Source: a virus (Duplodnaviria; Caudoviricetes). Taken from it: DNA of 35,896 bases. The notes under the pieces are model-generated. The model was not told where the DNA came from and searched no databases. It was given only the letters and a program-made list of their open reading frames with translations. The stretch spans positions 1 to 35,896 of IMG/VR virus record IMGVR_UViG_3300046832_001492, one strand, 5' to 3'. A program made the translations under genes and the position numbers. Below, piece by piece: positions 16,145 to 24,187 of the stretch (positions are counted from its first letter, which is position 1; each line of letters opens with the position of its first letter).

Positions 16145-17042
16145 CGAGCTATTCGCCGGTCTCCTTCCGCGTAGGAAATGGAGCAGAATCCAACCAATCC
16201 CATGCCCCGTTTGTGGCGTGGACTTTAAGCCAAAGAGCGGGCGCAAGTATTGTTCGCTCAAATGCTCGGCAATCCAGATCGGCAGGGACAAGAAAGGCCA
16301 GCCGATCGGCGGCTCACTCCCTGCATGGCACGGGTGTGCCAAATGCCATGCGCTTATGGGTATGTCCGGCAAGATGTCAGGCGACCTATTACGCAAGGAC
16401 AAAGCCACCATTTGCCAATTCAGAAAAGAGAATGCACTGCCAACGCTATCCAAGTCTCAGGCTTTCAAATCGACTTGGATTAAAAGCGGAAGAACGCCAG
16501 GACAAACGAGTGAGCAGTGGTGGGAAGATAACTGGGCGGGCGTTGTTGATACCTATTGGGACAAAGGTTTGAATTCAATGATTGCAAAGACAAAGAACCC
16601 GAACGCTTCAAAGAAAATGATTTATTACTATGCAAACATTGATAAAGAAAGGGCGCGAGGAAGGGAGGCAGCAGTAAAGAGATGGAAGTTATCAAAGCCA
16701 GATAGCCTTTTGCGTATTAAAAGCAAACTGCGGAATCATGTTTATCGAATATGTAAATACTCACATACAATTAAATGCAGGAAAACAAGTGAGTATCTTG
16801 GATGCACGATTGAGCAGGCAAAGAGACACATTGAAAAGCAATTCAAGCGAGGAATGACATGGGAAAACCATGGAACTGTTTGGGAGATTGATCACATCCT
16901 GCCATTGGCTGCCTTTGATCTTACTCGCAAAGACCAACAAATGATTGCCAATCATTTTACAAACCTCCGACCAGAGTGGAAAACAAAAAACAGAATGAAG
17001 AGTGACAAAATCACAATTACGCATCAACTCAGGTTTGCATAG
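16113..17042 (+). CDS. HNH-type endonuclease with N-terminal Zn-fingers
   Basis: CPVCG...YCSLKC; LGCTIEQ...MTWENHG..WEIDHILP...NHFTNLRP...NRMKSDK; AT-rich. Confidence 0.8.
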   Translation: MQTTTTGSCQIELFAGLLPRRKWSRIQPIPCPVCGVDFKPKSGRKYCSLKCSAIQIGRDKKGQPIGGSLPAWHGCAKCHALMGMSGKMSGDLLRKDKATICQFRKENALPTLSKSQAFKSTWIKSGRTPGQTSEQWWEDNWAGVVDTYWDKGLNSMIAKTKNPNASKKMIYYYANIDKERARGREAAVKRWKLSKPDSLLRIKSKLRNHVYRICKYSHTIKCRKTSEYLGCTIEQAKRHIEKQFKRGMTWENHGTVWEIDHILPLAAFDLTRKDQQMIANHFTNLRPEWKTKNRMKSDKITITHQLRFA

Positions 17043-17141
17043 CCCCCCCGCCATAGGAATCCTATAATTTGGAATTGATTATCGCAGTTTGCCAGTCGCT
17101 CGTTAGTTTTATGTGAGCAATAAAATCCCCATTTCCCTATA

Positions 17142-17546
17142 ATGAAACCAAAGAAGACCCCAAAGAGAGGCAAGGGCCGACCGCGAAATCCTGTGACGGA
17201 TCGGATTGCCAGTGAGCTTGCTGTCACGAAACGGCAGGCGCGCAACCTTGCCGCCGAGTCCGAGACCACCGGCCTGCCCGTGGAGGACATGAAGGCGGCG
17301 AGGCTCAGGAAGCTGAAGCTCGAGGGCGACCGGATCGAGTATCTGCTGGAGGTCACCAAGGGGAAGCACATCGCAAAAGAGAAGGTCGAGGAAGAAATGA
17401 TCGGCCTCGGCATGGCCGTGAAGGCTCAACTCTTCTCATGGGTGGGCGCATTGCCTGGGCGACTCGAAGGGCTATCGGCGGCTCAGATGGTGCCGATCTT
17501 GGAAGATGAAATAAACAGGATTTTGAAAACGCTTTCCGACGAATGA
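17142..17546 (+). CDS. terS: Terminase small subunit
   Basis: Directly upstream of and overlapping terL; N-terminal HTH, coiled coil ARLRKLKLE, LPGRL (Nu1-like). Confidence 0.75.
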   Translation: MKPKKTPKRGKGRPRNPVTDRIASELAVTKRQARNLAAESETTGLPVEDMKAARLRKLKLEGDRIEYLLEVTKGKHIAKEKVEEEMIGLGMAVKAQLFSWVGALPGRLEGLSAAQMVPILEDEINRILKTLSDE

Positions 17547-19222
17547 TTGCAGAATTCTTCAAGCTCGGCGTGAACCCCGGCGAGCGGCTCAGTCCGGTCC
17601 AATGGATGTCTCGGCATGTCGTCGTTCCGCACTCGGCACGAAATACGCAATTCGATTCCACGACGGCGCAGTGGATGAACGAGCCAATCGAAGAGATCGC
17701 CAAAGACACGAACGACGAGATCCTTATCTGCGCACCTGTCGGCAGTGGGAAGACCACGCTTTTCGAGTCTCTGCTGGCATGGATCATATCGGAGAACCCC
17801 GGCCCGACATTAGTGACCGGGCAGACGGACAAAACAGCGAAGCAGTGGGCCGAGTCGCGCCTCGGGCCGATGCTCGAAGCGATACCCTCGGTCGCCAAGC
17901 TCTTCCCAAAAGACCGGCACCAGAAGCGCAAAACCGAAATCCTCTTCCCCCACATGCCGCTCTTCATCGGAGGGGCAAACCTCACGAGCCTACAGGAGAA
18001 ATCCATCCGGTGGGCGATAGCCGATGAGGTATGGCGTTGGAAGCGCGGCATGCTCGAGGAATTCCGCCGGCGAACTCACGACCGATGGAATGCCCGCCGC
18101 ATCTTGGTCTCGCAAGGAGGCGAGGAGGGCGACGACTTCCACGATGCAGAAGACCTATGCGAAAAGCGCGAATTCTCCTGGCAGTGCTTATGCGGCGAAG
18201 TTCACCCGTGGGATTTCAAAAACATAGCCTTCGACCGCGAGACCGACGCCAATGGCGCCATGCTCTGGGATCGCGTGGCCAAGAGCGCCCGGCTCGTCTG
18301 CCCGACATGCTCGCACGAATTCATGGACGATCCCCGCATCCGCCGCGCCTTGTCATCCGGCTCGCGCTACATCGTGAAGTCGCACGGAGCGCCAGGGCGG
18401 ATCGCCTTTCACTACGATGCCGCTGCCGTCTGGTGGATTCCGTGGGGATCGCTCGCCGTCGAGTGGGTCAAGGCCGATCTCGACCGCAAGGCCGGAGACA
18501 CCGAGGCCATGAAGCAATTCGTGCAGAAACGCAACGCCCGCCGCTGGACCGTGCAAGGCACCGGAGCCACCAGCGCCGAGGTTCTGGCCTGTCGCAAAGA
18601 CTACCTTCGCGGAGCCTGCCCCATCGAGCCCGTCGCCATCACCCTCTCGGCGGATGTTGGCCAAGATACATCGCACTGGACCACGATGGCCTTTGCAGAA
18701 AATGGCGACGCCTATGTCATCGACTACGGCACCGTCACCGGCATCGACGACATGCTCGAGGTCGCGCAGTCGCAGAAATACAAGACCGCCGAAGGCCGGG
18801 AGGTCACGCCTATCGGCGGCCTGCTCGACTCAGGCTTCAACGCCAACGCCGTCTACCGCGCTTGCTATCTCTCGGCGAATTTCTTTTTCCCCGCCAAAGG
18901 ATCAGGCGCAAACTTCGGCAGCATCTCCGAGAGCGTGCTGAAGGAATACCCCACCATGCCGCTCTACACGGTCAACGAATTCGCGTCGAAGGTCTCGCTC
19001 TTCATCGACCGCATCGCCAAGCGGAAATCCCCATTTCTATTTTTCCCGAAAGACGCAGGCGAAGAATTCCTGTCCGCCTTCATGGGTCAAAAAATCATTG
19101 TCAGCAAAAAAGGCCGGAAAGAATGGCGATCGGTGGCAGGTGACCACTTCGCCGACTCGGTTCGCCTCAACTACGCCTGCGCTCAACAACTGCGCAAAGC
19201 CGGAGCCATCGAATTTAAATGA
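17543..19222 (+). CDS. terL: Terminase large subunit, lambda gpA family
   Basis: Walker A APVGSGKT, Walker B WAIADE, Zn motif CLCG...CPTC, nuclease motifs SADVG, LDSG, DHFADS. Confidence 0.92.
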   Translation: MIAEFFKLGVNPGERLSPVQWMSRHVVVPHSARNTQFDSTTAQWMNEPIEEIAKDTNDEILICAPVGSGKTTLFESLLAWIISENPGPTLVTGQTDKTAKQWAESRLGPMLEAIPSVAKLFPKDRHQKRKTEILFPHMPLFIGGANLTSLQEKSIRWAIADEVWRWKRGMLEEFRRRTHDRWNARRILVSQGGEEGDDFHDAEDLCEKREFSWQCLCGEVHPWDFKNIAFDRETDANGAMLWDRVAKSARLVCPTCSHEFMDDPRIRRALSSGSRYIVKSHGAPGRIAFHYDAAAVWWIPWGSLAVEWVKADLDRKAGDTEAMKQFVQKRNARRWTVQGTGATSAEVLACRKDYLRGACPIEPVAITLSADVGQDTSHWTTMAFAENGDAYVIDYGTVTGIDDMLEVAQSQKYKTAEGREVTPIGGLLDSGFNANAVYRACYLSANFFFPAKGSGANFGSISESVLKEYPTMPLYTVNEFASKVSLFIDRIAKRKSPFLFFPKDAGEEFLSAFMGQKIIVSKKGRKEWRSVAGDHFADSVRLNYACAQQLRKAGAIEFK

Positions 19223-19431
19223 AAAAATCCCAACTCTGGAAAATCTACACGGCAAAAAATCCCGCATTCGAGCGCGACGGAAACATCACGATGAGCGCGC
19301 GCGGACTGCGAAAGCTCTTCGACCAAACATGGGACTACGCCTACCACGAAGGCGAAGACGAAATCGAACACGCGCCGGTTAACGACTCAAAAGCCGTGGA
19401 CGATCTGCGCAAAATCTTCGGGATGTTCTGA
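19219..19431 (+). CDS. Hypothetical protein
   Basis: 70 aa; ATGA overlap with terL. Confidence 0.7.
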   Translation: MKKSQLWKIYTAKNPAFERDGNITMSARGLRKLFDQTWDYAYHEGEDEIEHAPVNDSKAVDDLRKIFGMF

Positions 19432-19458
19432 CCAATTCGGTGAAGTCACCGATATGAT

Positions 19459-19504
19459 CCCCGAACTTTTCTCCGAACTTTTCCCCGAACCTTTTACCTG
19501 AACC
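19459..19504. repeat. 12-nt tandem repeat (CCGAACTTTTCY) x about 4
   Basis: CCGAAC at 19461, 19473, 19485; CTGAAC at 19498. Confidence 0.85.
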
Positions 19505-19618
19505 GCCCGCCAAGCTAGGTTTTAAGCGGTTCTACGGGCGCCTTGTTTTTTAAATTGCTGTCAACGAATATTTTTAAATCGGCTTAAAAAAATATTTCCT
19601 TTCTCTTGAAAATAATTG

Positions 19619-19646
19619 TTTACAAAAATCAAGTTCGTGAGAAACT
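19619..19646 (+). promoter_or_regulatory. Sigma70-like promoter of the moron cassette
   Basis: TTTACA-N16-GAAACT with an extended TG and an A/T-rich upstream element. Confidence 0.5.
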
Positions 19647-19703
19647 CATCTCAGGTCGAAGGCGCAACGCCGGAGACGAAAACCAAAAACCAAAATTAAA
19701 ATT

Positions 19704-19964
19704 ATGACTAAAAATTACATTCTGCGCGGACAACTAAGCCCCGGTGATGCTCAGGCCGTTTTTCGTGATGAAAACGGAAACTCTGTCCAAAAGCTAAGCC
19801 AGGCCAAAAAATACAGCACACTTGAAGATGCACTAATCGAAGCTGAAAATTTGGATTTGCAGGCTGAGCAACTATGTCGAGCAGGGAAACCTACTGGCAT
19901 TCTTTGGACGGTCGCTCCAGTTAATTCTAAAGCTGGTTATTATGAGGCTGAAGAAGAAAATTAA
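19704..19964 (+). CDS. Hypothetical protein (moron cassette)
   Basis: AT-rich, 86 aa, A-rich leader. Confidence 0.7.
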   Translation: MTKNYILRGQLSPGDAQAVFRDENGNSVQKLSQAKKYSTLEDALIEAENLDLQAEQLCRAGKPTGILWTVAPVNSKAGYYEAEEEN

Positions 19965-20012
19965 ATAAAAATTTACAGCTAACTCCAAACCAAAAAACCC
20001 AAAAATCAAATT

Positions 20013-20204
20013 ATGAAAACAATGACCAATCGCCACGACTACCACACATATCCAACATCCAAAGGCATCTTTGTCTCGATTCATCAAGAAAACACCTTGC
20101 GCGAAGACTTTGGCCCGTTTCACACGCAACGCGAAGCCAATGCTGCAGCCTACAAAGAATGGCGCAGACAACAACCAACGCCCTCAAAAAAATCAGCAAA
20201 ATGA
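20013..20204 (+). CDS. Hypothetical protein (moron cassette)
   Basis: 63 aa; GPFHTQREA motif. Confidence 0.65.
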   Translation: MKTMTNRHDYHTYPTSKGIFVSIHQENTLREDFGPFHTQREANAAAYKEWRRQQPTPSKKSAK

Positions 20205-20347
20205 AAACCGAAATCAAATTCAAAACCATCGGCACACGAGCCGTCGTCTCAAAAGAAATCACCCCCGCGCAAGCTGCCGAAATCCTGCAAAAGAACCCGA
20301 CCCTCACCCAAGTGGACACACCGGTCGGCTACTACCCAAGACCATGA
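20201..20347 (+). CDS. Hypothetical protein (moron cassette)
   Basis: 48 aa; ATGA overlaps on both sides. Confidence 0.6.
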   Translation: MKTEIKFKTIGTRAVVSKEITPAQAAEILQKNPTLTQVDTPVGYYPRP

Positions 20348-20523
20348 GCAAAAAACCCACCACCCACGGCGGCGCGCGCAAAGGAGCCGGGCGAAAGTCA
20401 GGCTCTGGAAAAGGCCGAACCTATGTTCCAAAAACCGTGGCGATGTCGGAGAAATCCTGGGACAAGCTCGACCGCCAGCGCGGCGATCAGTCACGCGGGA
20501 AATTCATCGAGAGCAAGCTCTGA
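20344..20523 (+). CDS. Small RHH-like DNA-binding protein with GGARKGAGRK arm
   Basis: HGGARKGAGRK...KTVAMSEKSWDKLDRQRGDQSRGKFIE. Confidence 0.7.
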   Translation: MSKKPTTHGGARKGAGRKSGSGKGRTYVPKTVAMSEKSWDKLDRQRGDQSRGKFIESKL

Positions 20524-20528
20524 GTTTC

Positions 20529-20736
20529 GTCAGAAAAACGACCACAATTTTCTGACATATACCTCATCCGGTATATACAAAGTATATCTTCGTTGCCGTA
20601 TATCTCATCGGCCTCGTTGAAAAAAACAGGGTCGTTTTTTCAATAAGTTTTTGAAGGAAAAAGACACCAGAATTTCCGTCAAAAAAATGTTTAGAAAACC
20701 CCCCGCCAACTCAAGCCACGCTTGAACTACTGCGCA
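20529..20736. repeat. Cluster of unrelated short inverted repeats
   Basis: GTCAGAAAA/TTTTCTGAC, ATATACC/GGTATAT, TTGAAAAAA/TTTTTTCAA, TTTTTGAAGGAAA/TTTCCGTCAAAAA, TCAAGC/GCTTGA, CTGCGCAG. Confidence 0.8.
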
Positions 20737-20746
20737 GATTCTAATC

Positions 20747-20754
20747 TTTGACTC
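20747..20754 (+). promoter_or_regulatory. TTTGACTC late motif variant
   Basis: 12 nt before G20767, the start of the candidate structured RNA. Confidence 0.5.
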
Positions 20755-20766
20755 GCCCGCCTTCAT

Positions 20767-20880
20767 GCAGGCAGGCGGACACACGACCGGAGCGACATGC
20801 AACGGTGGGATGGGCGGTCATTCATGGCCCGAGACTCCCGAAAGCCCACGACTGAAAAGGTGCGGCCGCGCCGTCCCTGC
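20767..20880 (+). ncRNA. Candidate structured small RNA (alternatively a 54-aa ORF, 20765-20929)
   Basis: Ends pair (GCAGG/CCTGC, GGCGG/CCGTC); internal GGTCA-ttca-TGGCC and GTGGG/CCCAC stems; has its own late motif. Confidence 0.4.
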
Positions 20881-20924
20881 GATCTCCCCCTCCGTGCTCT
20901 CTGTGTCCTCGGTGGTCAATCCCT

Positions 20925-20947
20925 TTTGACACGCCCGCCGAGGCGTG
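20925..20947 (+). promoter_or_regulatory. TTTGACAC-N12-GTG late motif
   Basis: CACGCC/GGCGTG hairpin includes the start codon. Confidence 0.7.
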
Positions 20948-21220
20948 ACCGACCTCGACAAAATCAGCGGCGTTAAATCCTACCTTCGCCGCACCAAGAC
21001 CACCGCCGAACTCCAAACCCTCGCCGACGCGGCTTTTCTCTCTGCCTCCGAGGAAGTCACGATCACATCCATCAGCGGCGACGGCACCGCATCGAGCGGA
21101 CAGGTCTCGTTTCCAAAATGGCTCCTCCTGCAAGCCCTCGAGGAAATCCTCTCCGAAGGCCCGAACGGCCGGCAACTTTTCAACATCGCCGACCGCTCCC
21201 GCTACGGCACCGCCATTTGA
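20945..21220 (+). CDS. Head completion/adaptor protein (gpW position)
   Basis: Small ORF immediately before a lambda-type portal. Confidence 0.55.
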   Translation: MTDLDKISGVKSYLRRTKTTAELQTLADAAFLSASEEVTITSISGDGTASSGQVSFPKWLLLQALEEILSEGPNGRQLFNIADRSRYGTAI

Positions 21221-21240
21221 CACGCGCCCTCGGGCGTGTC
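21216..21240 (+). promoter_or_regulatory. TTTGACAC-N12-GTG late motif
   Basis: Its TGA is the upstream stop codon; GACACGC/GCGTGTC hairpin includes the portal start codon. Confidence 0.7.
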
Positions 21241-22963
21241 CGCGAAAATCAAAAAATCAAGTTGGGGAGGCAATCGCCCCGGCGCAGGCCGCCCCCGCAA
21301 GCTCGACGCCAAAGCCGCCGCGTTCGAGGCCGCCCAGCCCTCTCTAAACCGTGGCCTCATCTGGGTTCCGACGACCGACCCGAAGCGCGAACTCACGGCA
21401 CACAGCCGACTTGAAATCCTCAAGGTCTCGCGCTGGCTCTACAACAACGCCCCCCAAGCCACCTACATTGTCGAACACCTCGCCCAGCGCGCCATCGGCA
21501 CCGGCATCGTCGTTCAGCCAAAGACCAGCAACACCGAGTGGAACAAGAAAGTTGATCAGTATTTTGAAGACCGCAACTGCGCCGAGGCGTGGGCATTCGA
21601 CGCCGGCGCACAGGTAAATTTTTATACCGCCCAAAGTCTCATCCTCCGCCAAGTCGCCATCGACGGCGACTTCTTTGCGCAGTTCCTCAAGACCAAAGAA
21701 GGCGCGGCCCGCGTCCGCTTCCTCGGCGGCGAGTCCATCGGCGGTGCCGGATCCTTCGCCACCGATTCGCACGATGGCGTCATTCTTGACCGCTACGGCG
21801 CGCCGACCGCCTACACGCTCAACAGCGAAGAAGGCCTCCGCGTCCCTGCCGAAGACATCCTCCACTTCCGCCACATCCGCCGCCAAGGCCAACCCCGTGG
21901 CGTCTCGTGGTTTCACTCCGCCGCCGCCAACCTCCGTGACATCTCCGAAATCAACGGATTTGTTAAGGGCGCGTATAAGGCCGGCGCTCAGATCGGCTAC
22001 ATGGTCACGAGCACCGAAGTCGCCAAAATCGGCCTCGGCGCTGGAATGAAGACCACTAGCAACGAGGTCGGCGACCTCACCACCAGCGACCTGCCGAACG
22101 GCATCCTCCTCCCACGCCTCAAGCCCGGCGAAAAGCTCGAAGCCTTCAAGAACGACATCCCCGGCCAGACCTACGAAGCCCTCATGCGCGCCCTCCGCAG
22201 CGATGTTGCCTTCGCCATCGGCCTCCCGCCCGAAGCCATGATGGTCAATGTCGGCCTCGCTGGCACCGAGCAACGCGCCGTCCTCGAGGTCACCCAGAAT
22301 TTCCTCGAGCGCCTTCAGCAGCAAGTCATCGATCAGTTTTGCAGGCCGTTTTACAAGTATTGGCTCTGGCACGAAATGCAGGCCGGACGCCTCGAATACC
22401 CCGGCGACGATTGGTGGCGGCACGAATGGCTCGCCCCGCGCAAGATCACGGTGGACAGCGGCCGCGACGCCCGCGCTTACAGCGAGCAGCTCGACAAAGG
22501 CCACCTCTCCCCGACGCGCTATTACAACATGCTCGGCCTCCGCGCCACCGAGGAAGAGGACGATGTCATTGACACCTACCTCCGCCGCAAAGCCAAGTGC
22601 GACGCCCTCGGCCTCGATGTCAGCCAGGTCTTCCCGAACTCCCTCCGCAACGGCATCGCCGCCCAACAACCCGCCGAGCCGGATGGGGACGAGGACGCGG
22701 AAGCCGCGCCTTCCATCGTTGACCTCCAAGCCAAAGAAAAACTCGACGCCATTGGCGTTGCCGTCCGCGCTGGCGTTTTGACGCCCGAGCAATCTCTTGA
22801 GCAGTCAGTTCGCCAATCCTTGGCCCTGCCCGAAATGGGATCGGATGTCCTGTCTGAATGGCGCGACAACCCGATCCGCTCACCGATCACTCTCAGCAGC
22901 GAACTCGCGGGCGGAGACCCCGCCACTAAACCCACTCCCGAAGACAACCCAACCGAACCATGA
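21236..22963 (+). CDS. Portal protein, lambda gpB family
   Basis: SRWLYNN, AIGTGI, IDGDFF, GVILDRYGAP, ILH..RRQGQPRGVSWF. Confidence 0.9.
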   Translation: MSAKIKKSSWGGNRPGAGRPRKLDAKAAAFEAAQPSLNRGLIWVPTTDPKRELTAHSRLEILKVSRWLYNNAPQATYIVEHLAQRAIGTGIVVQPKTSNTEWNKKVDQYFEDRNCAEAWAFDAGAQVNFYTAQSLILRQVAIDGDFFAQFLKTKEGAARVRFLGGESIGGAGSFATDSHDGVILDRYGAPTAYTLNSEEGLRVPAEDILHFRHIRRQGQPRGVSWFHSAAANLRDISEINGFVKGAYKAGAQIGYMVTSTEVAKIGLGAGMKTTSNEVGDLTTSDLPNGILLPRLKPGEKLEAFKNDIPGQTYEALMRALRSDVAFAIGLPPEAMMVNVGLAGTEQRAVLEVTQNFLERLQQQVIDQFCRPFYKYWLWHEMQAGRLEYPGDDWWRHEWLAPRKITVDSGRDARAYSEQLDKGHLSPTRYYNMLGLRATEEEDDVIDTYLRRKAKCDALGLDVSQVFPNSLRNGIAAQQPAEPDGDEDAEAAPSIVDLQAKEKLDAIGVAVRAGVLTPEQSLEQSVRQSLALPEMGSDVLSEWRDNPIRSPITLSSELAGGDPATKPTPEDNPTEP

Positions 22964-24135
22964 CCACACCCACCCAAAAATTTTATGCATTGGAAAAATC
23001 CGACAACGGCGAGGCAACGATCCATCTCTATGATGAGGTCGGTGCTTTCGGCTCAGGCTCAAAAGAATTCCTCGCCGACCTCGGCAAGCTCGAAGGCCAA
23101 CACATCCATCTCCGGATTAACTCCCCTGGCGGAAGTGTTGTCGAAGGCACGGCAATCTACAACGCCCTCCGTCGTCACAAAGGCGGGCTGACCGTTCACA
23201 TCGACGCGCTCGCAGCCAGCATGGCCTCGGTCATCGCCATGGCAGGCGCTCCCGTCTACATCGCCGACAACGCCCTCATGATGATCCACAATCCGTGGAC
23301 CGTCAGCATGGGAGACAGCGACCAGCTCCGCCGCGAAGCCGCTCTCCTCGACAAACTCAAAGACTCCCTCCGCAACGCCTATGTCCGCAAAACCGGCATG
23401 GAGGCCGACCGCATCGCCCAGATGATGGACGAAGAAACCTGGCTCGACGCCGTCGAAGCCGTCGCCCTCGGATTCGCCGACGCGATCGAGGAAGGCGTCG
23501 CCGCCGCCGCCACCGCAACCCCCGCCCAACTCCGCGCCCGATTTGACACCTTCGCCAAGGCAAAATCTATGGATCCAGAACCCGAAAAAACCGAAGAACC
23601 CGAAGTCGCCAACGAACCGACCCCCTTGCTCGTTGAAATTTTGGCCTCGCTTGACGAAGTCGAAACCAAGTCCGCCGACCTCGACGACGAAAGCAAAGTC
23701 ACTCTCTCCGAGCGTTTGCAGTCCATGGCCACCGCCATGAGCGCACCCGAAGAAGAGACCACGGAAGAGGCGACGAAGAAAGAGGACGAAGAGTATGCCT
23801 CTGAGCCTCAAGCGAAAGCCACCGCAGCCGACGCGATCCTCGCCAAATACAACGAAGTCATCGCCCGTGCCGAAGCCGCCGAATCCCACGCCAAAGCGAT
23901 CGAGTCCAAGCTCGACCTCGTGAAAGGCGAACTCGCCACCAAGTGCGAAGACCTCGACCGCCTCGAGCGCAGCCTCGGTCTCTCACCTGCCCGCGTCGTC
24001 CCCGCCGTCGATCAAGTGCAGGACTCCGGATCGATTTACGACCAGTGGAAAAGCGCAACCGGAGCCGACAAAACCCGAATCTTCCGCACCCACCGCAAAG
24101 CCCTCGAAGCCCATTCCAGACTCCATGGCGTTTGA
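22960..24135 (+). CDS. ClpP-like (S14) prohead protease with C-terminal scaffold region
   Basis: INSPGGSV, LAASMASVI, MMIHNPW, ETWLDA.EA..LGFAD. Confidence 0.92.
   Translation: MTTPTQKFYALEKSDNGEATIHLYDEVGAFGSGSKEFLADLGKLEGQHIHLRINSPGGSVVEGTAIYNALRRHKGGLTVHIDALAASMASVIAMAGAPVYIADNALMMIHNPWTVSMGDSDQLRREAALLDKLKDSLRNAYVRKTGMEADRIAQMMDEETWLDAVEAVALGFADAIEEGVAAAATATPAQLRARFDTFAKAKSMDPEPEKTEEPEVANEPTPLLVEILASLDEVETKSADLDDESKVTLSERLQSMATAMSAPEEETTEEATKKEDEEYASEPQAKATAADAILAKYNEVIARAEAAESHAKAIESKLDLVKGELATKCEDLDRLERSLGLSPARVVPAVDQVQDSGSIYDQWKSATGADKTRIFRTHRKALEAHSRLHGV
23569..24135 (+). CDS. Putative nested in-frame scaffolding protein, 188 aa
   Basis: In-frame ATG after the protease domain, preceded by an internal TTTGACAC (23542-23549); acidic and coiled-coil. 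Confidence 0.55.
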   Translation: MDPEPEKTEEPEVANEPTPLLVEILASLDEVETKSADLDDESKVTLSERLQSMATAMSAPEEETTEEATKKEDEEYASEPQAKATAADAILAKYNEVIARAEAAESHAKAIESKLDLVKGELATKCEDLDRLERSLGLSPARVVPAVDQVQDSGSIYDQWKSATGADKTRIFRTHRKALEAHSRLHGV

Positions 24136-24187
24136 CACCACACCAATCACCGAACCCAACAACCTCACCTAACCACCACCCACTAAC
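24131..24187 (+). promoter_or_regulatory. TTTGACAC-N12-CGAA plus A/C-rich leader of the capsid gene
   Basis: Its TGA is the protease stop codon; 24153-24187 contains no G. Confidence 0.7.

Noticed and set aside
19459-19504. Mini CRISPR array
   Set aside because: Contiguous 12-nt repeats with no spacers.
20767-20880. Known ribozyme or riboswitch (hammerhead, c-di-GMP)
   Set aside because: The conserved cores are not recognisable by eye; kept only as an unclassified RNA candidate.
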